A stretch of DNA of 64,000 nt from NCBI GenBank assembly GCA_963693365.1, contig CAVNZM010000009.1, forward strand, positions 1,552,231 through 1,616,230. Direction: 5' to 3'. Below, piece after piece: positions 28,201 to 43,007 of this stretch (position 1 is the first letter of the stretch; each line of letters begins with the position of its first letter). Below the pieces are notes generated by a model. That model searched no databases, was not told where the DNA came from, and worked only from the letters and a program-made list of their open reading frames with translations. The translations under genes and the position numbers were made by a program. This DNA is from Amoebidium appalachense (lineage: Eukaryota; Protista; Ichthyosporea).

Positions 28201-28652
28201 CTACCGCAGGAAGCAGCCACGCACAACACCTAGAGCCAAAAGACCCCCCACCCATACCCTACCAGCCTGCCCCAATTGCAGATACACCCACCGCAAAACA
28301 GAATGCAACCCCCACCACACATACAGACACACAGCAGCCACCAAACCCTACACGACATGGGGAACCACATACACCCCACCACTCTCAACCCCACAGCACC
28401 ACCACACCACGTTAGACCCCCGTCAGCAGACATGTGAAATTTCGAACACGGACCCGCCCCCCCATAGCTAAACCACAACTAGCTAGAACCAAACCCCCCC
28501 GCATCTGTTGTAAATAGTATAGTCCGATCGTTCTGCCATGTCTGTCTGACGGCTCAGTCTAGAACGTAGGTATATAGTTCCCATGGGGCTGGTACCCACC
28601 ACTAGACGGCGGTACTGAATAAGACCTTAAATAAAAAGGTTCAAATCGAAAA
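25287..28652 (+). mobile_element. 5'-truncated, frameshifted non-LTR retrotransposon (RNase H plus C-terminal zinc finger), RT absent
   Basis: RNase H motifs TIYTDGS, SSTSAEVTGILLGL, KLDSQAAI, EWVRGH, WNNQADVAAK. Zinc finger CPRC..ETQLHLWTC. A-rich 3' end. Probable TSD ATTGCTCAGACT (25275-25286) / ATTGCTCAAACT (28653-28664). Confidence 0.85.
25290..26690 (+). repeat. 21/24-bp minisatellite (CCAGCAGCACCGGCCCCCACCCAG) inside the LINE
   Basis: Dozens of degenerate tandem units, translating as Pro/Ala/Thr- or His/Ser-rich repeats. Confidence 0.95.
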
Positions 28653-29260
28653 ATTGCTCAAACTAGTAGACTGAGACCCGTCAGCTGTGTGTCTCGTGTA
28701 TGAACTCCTTCTGTAGGCCGCCGGAATAACTTACATTCGCCGGCTGCAGCTGGAGACCCGATGGGAACATTGAACTCTGATTGGTCTATTAAAGATAGAC
28801 GACGCAGTCTGATTGGTCCGTGCAGAAATAGATACGATTAGCTAGGCACCCACTTGCGCCATATATGGTACCACTATGATCTAATCAGGAATACCCAATA
28901 GCCACACGGTTTCACCTTGACCGTACCGTAGTGGATGAAATGTGGCTTGCACGCACGGCCGTGTTACTTCATCCCCCCCCCCCCCCCCCCCCCCCCCTCT
29001 CCAAAAAAAAAAAAAAAAAAAAAAAAAGAAAGAAAGAAAGAAAGAAAGAAAAGAAATATAAAAGGTGAAGGTTTTTCTGTGGGCCCCCAAGGAGAGGGAG
29101 GGGGGGGGGGGGGGGGGGGGGGGGGAGAAGGGGGGGTAGGGGAATAAAACAGGCAGAGAGTGGGAGAAGGAGGGGGGGGGGGGGGGGGGGGAGGGGGTGT
29201 CCGCAGTCCCCACGGACACTCGGTATCAGCTGGTGAATGTGTGTGCGTGTGTGTTTCAAC

Positions 29261-29316
<56 letters not shown>

Positions 29317-29390
29317 TGTGTGTGTGTGTGTGCATGTGTGTGTATGTGTGTGTGTGTGTGTGTGTGTGTCACAGTGTGTGAACATGTGTG

Positions 29391-29436
<46 letters not shown>

Positions 29437-30160
29437 CATGTGTGTGTGTGTGTGTGTGTCTGTGTGTGTGCACGGGTGGGCCACGCACGTGTGTGCCCCC
29501 CACCCCTGTGTGTACATTTTGTAAACAGCCCCATTCCTCCCCCCCCTCCTGTTCTTTCACACAATCTATCTATTTAAGAATCGATTGGACTCAACTGCCC
29601 CTCGTATTGTGCATGCATGATGGCGCCTTGATTGTGTTTTCCACCACTGCCACTCGCTATATGAGAGACCCCCCCCCCCCCCCCCCCCTCCCCCCCCTCC
29701 CCAAAATAATAATATTAATAATAATAATACTAATAATATTAATAATAATAAATAAAAACTTTGGACTTCAATAACTTGCAATTGGCTAGGAAGAAAAAAA
29801 GAAAATACAAAACTATTTTACCTGGCCGCAATGTCATACAAGAGGCTCAGATGCACTCCAACAGGCATGGCATTGCGTAAATTCACCCCACCCGATCAAA
29901 GTGGCCGCCGACACTTTGCAGCATAACTTGGTATGTGTTGTTGAATGGCATTGCTTGGTCATAGCTGAACATATAACTTTTCGTGGATGAATAACATGCC
30001 ATCGATCGAGGAATACCCCCCCCCCCCCCCCCCCCCCCCCCTCCCCCCCCCCCCCCCCGGCGTCTTCCCTCCTTATCACCCCGAACCATCATATACATTG
30101 GCACGGAAGGGTTGGGCTAGCCCCGCGTATTGAAGGAGAGGGACGGTGTGTGCGCACATA

Positions 30161-30195
<35 letters not shown>

Positions 30196-30520
30196 GAGGA
30201 AGGGGGGAGTGGGGGGGATCGGGATCTGTGGGGGAGGGGGGTGGATTGGAAGTCCGTGGGGTCTGTGTGCATGATAATATTAGTACCCACACCTACTAAA
30301 GCAGTGCTAATTGCTGCCTACCCTGCATAACATATGGCTTTCTCACTAGCAAGGCTGGGACAAAATCATAGGAGCTAAGTAAGTAGTAGTTGGAATTGGC
30401 AACGGTGTGTTAGCTTAAGTAACTCAGAACGCCTTATTAGCACCTAGCTCAGCTAGCTGGCAAAGTTGCCGACTTCACTCGGAGGGGAAGGCGGTATAAT
30501 AAAGTTTTTGGACCCCTGAG

Positions 30521-30572
<52 letters not shown>

Positions 30573-31205
30573 AGGGACCGTTAAACGGAATAAAATTAAG
30601 CAGAAAATAAATATTTTAAATCAAACTGCATACAGTATGGTGCCGTAGCATGCATTAAAAGTGTTCATTCTAAGATCTGAATTTTGGACTGCGGGAAATT
30701 TAGGAAAATTTAAGGCCGAACAGGTGATGTGGGGATAGAGACGTAGGCACAGCTTTTGTGTTGTAAATCTTTCTTCCTCTTTCGGAAGGGGAGGGGAGCC
30801 GATTGCAATGTATTGTAGGGGGTAGGGCAGAACAGGGAGAGGATGTGAAAGGATTGTTTGCTCTGGGCTGGCCTGACGGCCGGCACGGGCACTATATCAT
30901 ACTCCCATCTATTTGACTATTACTGCCCCTCTCGAGCTCTAGACAGCGTGACCATGAGCGAATGAAAATACTATCTTTACTTTTTATTTTTTTCTTTTGC
31001 AAATTTTTTTTTTATGGCAGGGGGGGGAGGGGGGGGGGGGAGGGAGGGAGGGAGGGAGGGAGGGAGCTCGAGGGAGGGAGGGAGGGAGGGAGGGAGGGAG
31101 AGGGAGGGAGGGAGAGAGGGAGAGGGAGAGGGAGAGGGAGAGGGGGGGAGAGAGAGAGAGAGAGAGAGTGAAAGAGAGAGAGAGGGACAGGGAGAGAGAG
31201 AGGGG

Positions 31206-31316
<111 letters not shown>

Positions 31317-32211
31317 AGGGTAGACTTCAGCCAAAGCCTGGTTCAAAAGTGTCCTATACCTACATTTTACTTTGGATTGGCAATCATGGCATTAGATTAC
31401 ACTCGCATTTAAATAAAATACACCAACATGCATTTATGATGTACACTTGCCTGCACTAGCTAGTCTGTCGTTACCAGCAGTACAACACAAACACTAAACA
31501 CAAGGACATTATTAGTATACATTTATGCCTTGATCCTCCAATTCACTCCCATGATTTTCTTTTCACATACAACAAAAAATACATGAACTTATAAGCAAGT
31601 TCGTACAACCCACTCATTCTTAGCACAAACAAACCAATATTCCATATCGCATACCACGATGGTGGCAACTTAGCCCTCCGAGTAAATAAAATATCATAAG
31701 TTTGTCGCAATGCAAGAAACCATCCATTCATCTACACACAACGGTCTAGCAGGTGATATAACAGTCTACCTCTTTTCTTTCTTTCTTTCTTTCTTTCTTT
31801 TTTTTTTAACGCGCCCGTGCAATATCTCATGATACTGGTTTGTGTTTCTTTTTTTCCTTTCTTTTTTTAATGTGGAAATCGATATAATGGCAAAATTTCT
31901 AGAAAAAGGGAAAGAAGAAACACGAACCCTGAACGGAAACAAAGAACACGAGTAGATTAACACCCTGTGTTATATTCCAAAAATAAAAAAAGTAGAAAGA
32001 AAAGCAGGAAAGCGGGGATGTGTATGTATTCATGTGTCTGTGCATGAGCGCTCACCACGTGTCAAATACTACAGTAAATAGCACTTTCCCACATTATACC
32101 TACGTCATCAGAAACCAACACACCAATCAGACTCTATACGCGCATTTCAGCGGACACAATTCAACCAATCATCTCAGAGCATATTCATATATACAAATGA
32201 CCTTCAGCCTA

Positions 32212-32951
32212 TCACAGTCCGCCATACGCATTCTGATCTCCCCTGTTTTGCCCTCCTCTTTCCTGATCCAATGACATGTCTTCATTTCCCGTCGAGCTTG
32301 CATGCAGAGATATACCCATTGCGCGCTGCAATGCCTCCGAATGCTTCACGGAGAGCACTTTGGTGTTGTAGCTCCCACACTCCTGACACTGTTAGGAAAC
32401 ATACAAGAGGTCAGATATGTGTTGGCGAGGCCTCAACATGGCACGCGCAAAGGAGACCTATTGCGCGGTAATCATTTCTCGTTTTCGTGGTGTAGGGATG
32501 GTGGGTTGTGCTGAGATGTAAAAGTGACTGTTTCCAAACAAGCTGGTATGTGTGAGCATGGTCCACTAAGTGCAGACGAGGGTGGTGAAATCTATATTCC
32601 TTTCTTCTTCTTCTTCACCTTTCTTTCTTTTCTTTTCAAAAGTTCATTTCCTTTTCCAACTCTTTTCTTTCCTTTTATCTTCTACCTTTTCTTTCTTTCT
32701 TTCTCTCTTTCTCCTTCTTCTACTTCCTCTCACACTTTCTTTTCTTTTCTTTCTTTCTTTCTTTCTTTTTCTTTTCTTTCATTCTTTTTTCTTTTCTTTC
32801 TTTTTTTTTTTTTTCTTTGGGGGGGGGGGGGGGGGGGGGCTACCTTGTGGTATGAGAAGTGAAATGGAGCTTCGGACCGCATTTCACAGTCATTGCAGGA
32901 AATCTTGGCACGGGACTCTGCAGGTATGGCAGCTGATAAGATTGAATGCAG

Positions 32952-32984
<33 letters not shown>

Positions 32985-33559
32985 TTTTTTTTCCTCGCAC
33001 TGCCTATTCCACCTGACTGCCTCCTGACAACACAAAATGGCCGAATTCACAGGTAAGGGTTCTCTCTTGCCCCCTCCCCCCTCTCTGTGTCAAATATCTA
33101 CAGGGCACTGTGACGGTTTCCATACAGGTCGCCTCCTGTATCACGAAAACACACGTGCCCCTTCTCCCCCCCCCCCCCCCCCCCCCTCCCTCTCTCTCTC
33201 TGCGTGTGTGTATGTGTGTATGCCGCATGGCCGAGTGTGTGTATACACGCGTCCAAACAGGGGATGCACAGGGACGCACCCCTATACTCGTCAGGCATTG
33301 GCTGCTCGGTCAGAAATTCGTCGATCTTTCTGAAATATTCTTCCATGTTGCCCAGCGACTGCACCCCAAATACCACCGTTAGTTTGCATGTAACATTCCT
33401 ATCAACCCCCCCCCCCCCCCCCCCCTCCTCCCCCATCCCCCGGGGAAAATCTATCACCACCACCACTGCAAGCACCACAGAGAACTTGTGCACACGATCT
33501 TCGTGCAATACACGTGACTGAGATACAAAGGGGATACCCACACACACCTGCTAGTGTAC

Positions 33560-33594
<35 letters not shown>

Positions 33595-33966
33595 GGTGGG
33601 GAGGGAGGGAGGGGGGAGGCGCGGAAGAGGTCGGAGTAAGAGAACTAGAGAGTAAGAGGGGGTAGGGGGAGGGGGAGGGAGAAGGAGTGAGAGAGGAGAG
33701 AGGGAGAGAGCGGGAAGGGGGGGGGGGGGGGGGGGAAGGGGGAGAGCAAGAGAGAGAGAGAGAAAGAGAGAGGCGAGAGATGGAATGCAAGGCTACACAT
33801 TACTCTTCTGAAAGCAACCCAAACATCCAAATATACCGGGACGAGCCGAAGCTGTTCGTGTGCAGTTCTTACCAAACATAAATTTCACAGGGAGTAACTG
33901 AGCAAACCAGAGATCACCCACATCACAAACTCGGGGTGAGAGAGGAGGAGAAACAGGGAAGAGGGC

Positions 33967-34004
<38 letters not shown>

Positions 34005-35033
34005 TACGGGCCAACCATCCTGCTGATAGTGGGCCAATCAGGTGACTTGCCTTGAGACACACTGGGCACTGGTATGAGTTCTTGATGTGGTGCTTGTAGC
34101 AGGTGTGGTGGATGCAGTGGCCGCATTTCTGGGGCCAAAAAAAAACAAAACAAAAAAAGAAACAAAAAAAAAAAAAAAAAAACATCAGCAGAAACAAGAG
34201 ACCAACCCGAAGAGAAAAACAATGATGCCTGCAAAGGGGCCGTGCGAATGTTTGCTGTACCGTCAGTCTGTACAACCAACACTCGTTATATCCCCCCCCC
34301 CCCCCCCCCCCCCCCCCCTCCCCCAAAGCAGTCAATCATCATATATCCCCATAGACCCCACCCCCACCCCTCCACACACACACGTCCATCCCCACCCCCC
34401 ACCCCCACCCAAAACACCCCCCCCCCCCCCCCACACACACACAAAAAGAAAACGCGCCGGGGAGGGGGGGGGTTTGAATGCGGAACACGGTACGAAGCAC
34501 GCATACACGATGAGAAGCATGGTGCAGGACACATGCAAAGGCAAACATTCAAGTATGCAACATCATCCATGCGCACAGTATGCGTCATAAGCAAAGCCCA
34601 TCCTCAGGGAGGGACCAAGGGGGGGGGGGGGGGGGGGGGGAGGGGGGGGGGGTCAAGCGTTGATTGCATTTGCATGTATGCATGTGTCAATGTGTGCTTG
34701 CACAAGTGTGCTTGTGCGCACATGTTCCTGTACCTGTACGTGCTTGGCATGCATGTGTACCTGTGGGTCTGCATGTGCCATATATGTGCACACGTGCTCG
34801 TACATGTGTGCTTTGGTGTGCCGGTGCAACAATAGGGCAAGAGAGGGCAAAAAAACGGGCCGGGAATAGCAACATGTACCATGAAGATGATCGTGGAGGT
34901 GGAGGTAAACATGAACTCTGAGCAGATGGGACAGTTGCTCTCCAGATTGCGTTCAATGCACTTGTGTCTGCCCCGTAGGTTGACCGCCATGCACACGTTG
35001 CACTTCTCGCAGTGGAAATAGTCCTTGTCTGTA

Positions 35034-35066
<33 letters not shown>

Positions 35067-35108
35067 ATGTGTAAGTGGTATGGTATGTGTATGTGTGAGT
35101 TTGTGAGT

Positions 35109-35159
<51 letters not shown>

Positions 35160-35246
35160 TGTGTGTGTGTGTGTTTGGGTGTTAGTGTGTGTTTGTGTGC
35201 AGGAGTTCAAGTTCAGGGGTGTGTGCGAAGCAGCGAGGGATGAGGT

Positions 35247-35300
<54 letters not shown>

Positions 35301-35600
35301 ACGAGCAAGTACGAGCCTGCATGCGCAGGGATGTGTACCTGTTATGCTCCCGTACACACACGTGGCATGGGCACACTTGGAGATTGTGCGTAAAAACGCG
35401 CCTTCGTGTTGGCAAGCTCAACCAGTCGTCCCTCTTCAAGCCAAAAAGAAAAAAAAAAAAAAAAAAAAAAAAGAAAAACGAACATAAAAGGTGAAAATGG
35501 CGTGGCAGCAGCAAATGCTTGTGGTGGCCTCTAGCAGCGCATGTGTGATATCATGAAGGAGAAGATGTGTGTGAGTGTGCGTGCGTGCATGCGTGCGTGC

Positions 35601-35645
<45 letters not shown>

Positions 35646-35646
35646 C

Positions 35647-35699
<53 letters not shown>

Positions 35700-35982
35700 A
35701 CGATGGTGGTGGACGCGGGGTGTTCAATCCAACAACGTTTTCAACACACGTTTCACATATCCCAACATCACAAACAGAGCAAAAAAAGAGAAAGAGGCGT
35801 ACCCAGACCTTCGCCGATCCTGCACAGACCGCACTTTCCACAGTGGTAAATCTTCTTTGTCGGGTCGTTGTCAAACAGGTTGCATATGTTGCAGAAATAC
35901 ACAGCCATATCCTTGCCGCACTCCGCATTGCTGCATCTGCACACCACAAAACCCCGTCAGAACCCCGAGGGAGAAACCCCCC

Positions 35983-36024
<42 letters not shown>

Positions 36025-36975
36025 CTCCTTTCACAAAAACACACACACACACACTTTCACTCATACATCCCTTCTCCACATACCCATACATATTAAAGCC
36101 AGCCGGTAACTCCAACACAAAGTGTTAAAGCAAAACATACTCGTAACAACCTATCCCCGCCCCAGTCGCCGGCCCCCACCCACCCACCTTGCAACCTCTT
36201 CTCTGCTCCGACCCAAGCTTATCAGCTTTGCTGCTACCAGCACATCAACCCCCCCTCCCCCCTCTTTAACCCCTCCTCCCCCCTCAACCCTCACCCACCA
36301 CCCCCACCCATGCCCCATGCCCCACGCACCCCCTACCCACCCACCCACCCACAATTGCACACACACACACTGTGTGTGACCCCCCCCCCCCCCCCCCCCC
36401 CCCCCACACACACACAGAGACACAGATACGTACGTCTTTGCCACTGGCTGTACTGCCCAGCAGTGCATGCAGACCATCTGCCTAATTGCATAACGATCAA
36501 TCTTGTGGTCCTCATCATCATCATGACACAGTCGGCACCCCACCCACTTGTTGCAGCACGGCGCAAGCACCTGCGCAAAACTCCCAAGATTAGCAACACC
36601 ACACACCACTCCAAATCCAGCATTTTTGCCTTTTTTTGGGTGCACCCGGTCACCCGTCCCGACTTTTCCTTTCTAGGTATACCATCCCCGACTGCAGGAG
36701 ACTACATCATTCGAGGCCCCACTCCCATTGCAGCACATCTTCTGTTTGCGCACAACAACCCTACTTCCATCCAAGCACATTTTCCGTTTACGTACAACAA
36801 CCCTACTTCCACCCAAGCACATTTCCCCACTTAACAGGTAACTATGTATTGCCCACTCCCCTACAGCATATTTTCCCCCTAAAAACCAACTTACCACCTC
36901 TCTTCCTTCTGGTATACGACCAAAAGGGAAAGTTTGGCGGCAATTACAAGGCATACCCATGGGCCAACGTGCAGA

Positions 36976-37006
<31 letters not shown>

Positions 37007-37207
37007 CCCCCACACACACACCCCTCCCCCATTCTCACTTACACAAAAATATCCGAAGGAGAAACAAGTATAAGCTATGGGGCATGCTCAGCTGTACACG
37101 TAGGCAGATGTATGCACACTCCTTTGAATGAACATACGACACCAAAAGTGCACACCGTGCACCCACCAAGTCGATACGAATAGATATGCCACCAAGGACT
37201 CGGAAGC

Positions 37208-37253
<46 letters not shown>

Positions 37254-37425
37254 AAATGAAAAAAAAAAACAAAAAAAAACAAAAACAAAAAAAAAACAAA
37301 AGAGAGAAAGAAAATAGAAGAAAAACCAAAATCTCCCTTCATTCTTGTTTTTTTTTTATTTGTTTGGTTGTTTGTTGTGACGCGCGCGCGCACACCGTGG
37401 CACACACATACACCGCACAAACGCA

Positions 37426-37456
<31 letters not shown>

Positions 37457-37711
37457 ATGAAAAAAAAAAACAAACAAAAAAAACAAACAAAAAAAAAAAA
37501 AAAAAAAAAAGAGAGAGAAAGAAATACAAGAAAAACCAAAATCTCCCTTCATTCTTGGTTTTTTTTGGTTTGTTTGGTTTGTTTGTTGTGACGCGCGCGC
37601 GCACACACCGTGGCACACACATACACCGCACAAATGCACATATACAAGCACACACACGCGCGTGGGCACACACATACACACCCCAGCACAGAACGGGCAC
37701 ACACGCGCGCG

Positions 37712-37758
<47 letters not shown>

Positions 37759-38107
37759 CTCTCGAAACAAACCTTGTTGTTGCGTGCATAGTGCCTGCAC
37801 CCCAGCACCCCCTCTCTGTGGTATATGGCCACCTGCACATCCTCCTGTGCATGCATGTGGGTGGCCCTTTTTGCCTCCATATAGCTGCTGGTCATCAGAT
37901 TCTGTAACAAAAAAATGGGGGAGGGGGGAGAGGGGGGGGTTGGGGGTTGGGGGGGTTGGGGAGGGGGTCAGAAAGCGGGTCACAACACAAAGTACAATGC
38001 ACGACGAGTGCCGTGCGGACCTATGATAGAAGAGGAGAGGAAGCACCAACGGGGGTTGGTGGATGGGTGGGTGGGTGGATCTGTGGTGGTGGTGGTGGGG
38101 GTGGGAA

Positions 38108-38140
<33 letters not shown>

Positions 38141-39288
38141 AGGGGCGGCAACTTAGCCATACACGTCGGGATGGCTGGATCCTGACTCCATGAGTCCATT
38201 CACATTTGAGTTGGGGTGACGCCCCATGAACATAGACGAATGCGTGAGCATAACCATCCCCCCCCCCTCCCCCCCCACCCGCCACCACCATCCCCCCCCC
38301 CCCCCCCCCCACAAAAAAAGGGCACGGGTATGGAGCAAGACTGTTGCAATGGTATTGGGTGTAAACCTACATAAAGTGCTAGATTGTGTGTGCGCAAGTG
38401 TGCTTGTGCAAGCATCTCTTGAGCTTGCGGTGTGCCTATGTATTTATGATGGGCATTCTGTGTGCACATAAGAACTTGCGTGTGTTTGTGTCTGTGTGCA
38501 TGCGTGTGTGTTGTTTATGAGATTGGACTTCCCTGTTGGTGCTGTGTGCAGACCTAGGTACAGACAGAGGGGCATTTGGGGGGACGTGGAAATGTGGTAG
38601 TGTGCGTGTATGCATCCCTGATGACCCACTGTAACGGAGTCTCCACACTTGTGCTCGCAAACAGGCTCACCATAAATGAGCACGCTTTTCACGAAAAAAC
38701 CTTATGCCAATATGAAATATGAAAGGGGGCTGCCACCGGGGGCGTGGGGAGCAGGGAAAGGGAAAAGTTGACCTTCAAGAAACAGAAATTCGTAATGGGT
38801 CGTCGGGTCGTCACGAAACAAACCTCACACCATTAGTAAAGGGAATAAGAAAGAAGGGGCGTGCTTGCCAGAATTAGAAAAAAGCCCACCTCCATAAACA
38901 GAAAAACCACATTGGTCTCTCAGAGCTTGCACAATAAACTTGTGAACGAAAAAAGGTGTGAACCGTAGAACTAAGTATCAGGCTCGGATGACGTGTCAAA
39001 ACAAAGATAACAAAACCAAAACACAATCAAAAAGAAGAAGCAAGCAACGCCACGCCAGCACGCCACGCCAGTACCAAGACACACCAAACCACACACTTGT
39101 TAGAGTTTTAACGCATGGCACACAGTGACAAACAGAAACATGCCACGTGTTTTACTGTGCGCACACACCTGCACCTGCACGGCCTTCTCCTGCTGGGACA
39201 AGCTTGTGTCTGCATGTATGCGCATGATCAGCGCACGAAGTTGCTGCTGTTGGTCCGCAGCAGCCACGTCAAAAGGGCCGGTACCCAT
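32212..39288 (-). CDS. RCHY1: RING finger and CHY zinc finger E3 ubiquitin ligase (Pirh2-like); exons 39288-39169, 37901-37773, 36570-36434, 35936-35803, 35028-34880, 34128-34051, 33358-33280, 32917-32844, 32388-32212
   Basis: CHY: [23 protein letters not shown]: [39 protein letters not shown]2: [19 protein letters not shown]. Zinc ribbon: [14 protein letters not shown]. Splices are phase-compatible. Confidence 0.93.
34473..34618 (-). mobile_element. Poly-C-terminated dispersed repeat, diverged copy
   Basis: TTTGAATGCG...ATAAGCAAAGCCCATCCTCAGGGAGGG; G-runs on both flanks; similar to 48540-48678. Confidence 0.65.
37255..37632. repeat. ~200-bp tandem duplication in an RCHY1 intron
   Basis: CAAATG-polyA-GAGAGAAAG..AAAACCAAAATCTCCCTTCATTCTTG..GACGCGCGCGC..CACCGCACAAA occurs twice. 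Confidence 0.8.
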
Positions 39289-40612
39289 GCTGTCAGCTTT
39301 TCAAGAAGCAACTCTGCCCTGAAATTCACTGGGTAGAAAAGTACTAGTTGTTGCTGGGAATTTACAATGCTCAGTTGTGCTCTTGAGTACGATGCAATGA
39401 GTGAAAGACCTCAACGTTCCTTAGCCAACTGTCTGTGAGATACATAGAAATACTTGCGTTCGTGAGGGAACTTACGAACACACACGAACATGGGCTTAGG
39501 GGCCCAGACACAAAGGTTTTGCGATCCTGCTTACTGTGTCTACGGTACAGAAAAGGAAGTGTGACTCGCGAGTCTGGCACATGCCGGCGCAAATCTTTCC
39601 TTGAAAACGTAAGCCACCAGGCCAATAGATATCTGAGCGCCTTGCTGTGATTGGCTGCGCCTAGTTTGACCCAATCATAATGCGCTATTCCTTACATCTA
39701 CGGTTAAAAGGCCGAGCGCGGCGAAAGATCCAAGGATTTTCGAATCTGTCATATTCTTTGGCATCAGGCCTAGGCTGAACGGAGAACAGAGCATTTGAGC
39801 ATTAGTTATACATAGTTAGGTATTATAAAAATCGGTTAATTGGTGTTAATTGTAATGTAATTTGCAACGTTCTACATCCCAACGCATAATGGCCGTTATA
39901 ATGAACCGCTTTCTTCATCCCTTACCCTTTGTGCAGCACCGTTACATGATTGGATCTGACTGTGGCCACAACAGTTGATAGCGCAAAGTCTCCGGCGAAC
40001 TTGAAGCCTCTACAGCTGGGAATTAAAAGCAACATGTGGTGTCCTAGAAATAGTTAAAAATAACATTAATACTATTTGAAAGGTGCACATCTACTTGGGC
40101 CTGAAGTTTCCCGTGTAAAGAGATGCCCCTGCCGGCGGCCTGCATGCAGGCACATGTGATCACGAATTCCACCGAGAATTCCTGGCAAGTCTACATTGCA
40201 CGGCAATATCTGTTATGATATCAATGTTACGGAGACCCGATAAGATTGCAGAAACATATGCGCTAACCTCAGTTACATGAAGAATCTGATTTATTAGGAT
40301 TATCTTTTCGGCGGTTTCAAAGAGTAAATGTTAATACTTTTGACACTTTCGCCTCATCAGTGACAAAGAGTCTGGTCATCTGGTCAGCTGGTGAGATCGG
40401 TGCATGACAATAGACTTATCAAATTAATAAAAGGTCACAGGGCCTAAATGCCATGGGAGCATGGGGGTCGTAAAATGTGAAATTATGATCGGCATAAATA
40501 ATCGTATCGCTATATGAGTTATTATATAACTAATTAGCTACAGTCTAACATTAGGATACACCTGCCTGATCGAATACAGTTAGATATCAATAAAAACTGT
40601 TAGTTTGATGAA

Positions 40613-41296
40613 GGGGGATATACCGGTGGGGAGCTAATGCACGATCACGTACCAATCGGCATACCGAATTGATCACTCATTAGAAAAGCTCTGATAAGAT
40701 CCGTGAGCCAGATGACCAATGGGATGCATTTGATGAAATGACGTAATTGCCGTTTTTGTTTATTCTCGGTGCAAGGCCTTGCATGCGAAAACGGTCGCAA
40801 CGAGCAAAGTGTTGAACAAACATGTTGATAATTGTTTTTTTCTATATAGCTAGTGCTCTATACAAAGCAAAACACTATTATTAATGTCGTTGTGATACGT
40901 TTTCTATTAATTAGTGAATTTACTTAGTCAAGCGGGAACAAGAGAGGGCGAATAAGGAAACGGTTTGTCTAGAGCACTAGAGGATATAAAAAATGAATTT
41001 TGAGCCCACATGTTGGGGGGGGTCCATCACGACCCTTGCCCAGCATTTTGCACGGAAAATACACAAAATCGGCAATCACCTAAGTTTACAAATGTCTCCC
41101 ATTGGTCATCTGGCTTACGGATCTAGGGGTGCTTTTCTTATCAGTGATCGCTCGGCGCACAGATTAGATTGTAATCACGTAGGGGTTTACGCTGTTTACT
41201 CGAGGCAAAGAGAACCAGTCTCAGGTATGGGGGGGGGATCACGTACGCACTTAACCTCGGGGTCCCCCCCGAACCCGCCGCACCGGTATATTCCCC
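40613..41296. mobile_element. Non-autonomous Kolobok-like TIR element
   Basis: Termini GGGGGATATACCGGTG / CACCGGTATATTCCCC, flanked by TGAA and TTAA. Imperfect inverted arms extend over 150 bp (AGATCCGTGAGCCAGATGACCAATGGGA vs TCCCATTGGTCATCTGGCTTACGGATCT). Confidence 0.7.
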
Positions 41297-41378
41297 TTAA
41301 AGCTTGTGTAAAAAGAATTTGTCAAATGATTCGAAGGTACAGTACACAGATACTAATTTAGTCTATTACTAGATTGGC

Positions 41379-41493
41379 ATTGTAATTTTTGTTTTCATCG
41401 CCGCTGGTGCCACTTTTGTGCTGAACTTTTTAATGGCGTTGTAATTTTTGTTTTCATCGCCGCTGGTGCCACTTTTGTGCTGAACTTTTTAAT
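41379..41493. repeat. 59-bp tandem duplication
   Basis: TTGTAATTTTTGTTTTCATCGCCGCTGGTGCCACTTTTGTGCTGAACTTTTT occurs twice. Confidence 0.9.
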
Positions 41494-41804
41494 CGCAAGC
41501 ATGTTGATAGGTGTGAGTTTTTATGTCGCGTTTTACCTCTTTCGCTACTGGTGTCTGCTACACTGGCAATGTGACCACTTTAGACTTTTTGTTGAATTCT
41601 GTTGGTCGTCACATTGAAAAGTTTATATGATTTTCACACAGTGTTCAGGTATCTCAGTATGCACTTGACGTTACTGGATAACTCGTGAAGTTTTTTTATT
41701 GTCTTCTCAGTATGCCGTGCTATACTTGCATATCTTTCCGTCGAATAAACCCAGTCAAAAGAAATTTTTTTTTTTTTTTTTTGCAGGGCAACGCGGGGCC
41801 CCCA

Positions 41805-41841
<37 letters not shown>

Positions 41842-41843
41842 TA

Positions 41844-41881
<38 letters not shown>

Positions 41882-42968
41882 CGCTTCCATCTGGGCACAT
41901 TTGAGGGGAAATGATAACAAAGAGTTGTCACCCTCAATAAAATTTTTAAAAGGCTTGACTTTGCAACGGATAATGCAGCTGCAGCGGGGAAAAGGGAGGG
42001 GGGTGCACGGGTGGTAGGGGTGGGGCGGGGGGGGGGGGGGGGGGGGGGGGGGGTGGCCCGGTGTGTGGGGGGGGGGAGGGGGGGGGAGGGGGAGGGGCCG
42101 ATTTGGGGGGGGGGGGGGGGGGGGAGGGGGGGAGGGGAGGGGAGGGAGCCTGGTTGGGGAGGGGGAGGGGAAGGGGAGGATTTTGTAAAGCAACGCGGGG
42201 CTAAACAAGACACTCACTCACCAGAAGCTCAGATTGCATATGTGCAATACCGTACCTGTCGACCCTGGCAGTGCCTGCTGCAGCTTGTACATTGCAGACT
42301 GTTAATGACTATGTCGGGGTTTCTCGATTATGACGTAACTTTTTTATCCATGTCCGGACTTTCCTAAAACGAACAATACATATATGGCAATTACCAATCA
42401 GTGGGCTCAGTTCTATCGGCCTCGGCTGCCCGTGAGCCACCAAGTGGGTGATCCAGTGACGTCATATACGGACATCATCAATGACATCAGCTTATAAAAG
42501 AATACGTCATAATACCGTCATAATCGAGAAACCCTTAAATTGACGTCTCGGCACAGCGCAAGTGCGCCGCGCGCCTGGATTCGGAACTTGTCCCGTCCCC
42601 AAAACCGGGAAATGCGAACCCTGCTTTGGTTTTGGCCCACTTCGTTATCATGGAGTACAGGGTGAACAGGCGTTATCTAACCAATCGATCTGTGAACCTG
42701 TCGCTCACAGCGACCGAGTGGCTGCAAATAAAAGAAAAACTCGCAAGAAAAAAGTCTGCAGAGATTTTCCCCTCAAAAATAACTGCTAGAGTAGCTATAC
42801 CTACATTTTTCCGTAACCACATGCCCAAAAATTCATCTGGTCTGGTCTTGAACTATTCAAGAATGAAGAAGGAATTAACGTTTCACTGAGAAATTTAATT
42901 ATCAGGTACTATGGTTCCAGACACAAGTTCCCTTGTTCAATTTCAATTAAAGATATTGATATATTTGG

Positions 42969-43007
<39 letters not shown>

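Noticed and set aside
28600-28652. Hammerhead-like CTGAATAAG..GAAA at the LINE 3' end
   Set aside because: The core does not match CUGANGA and the stems are incomplete.
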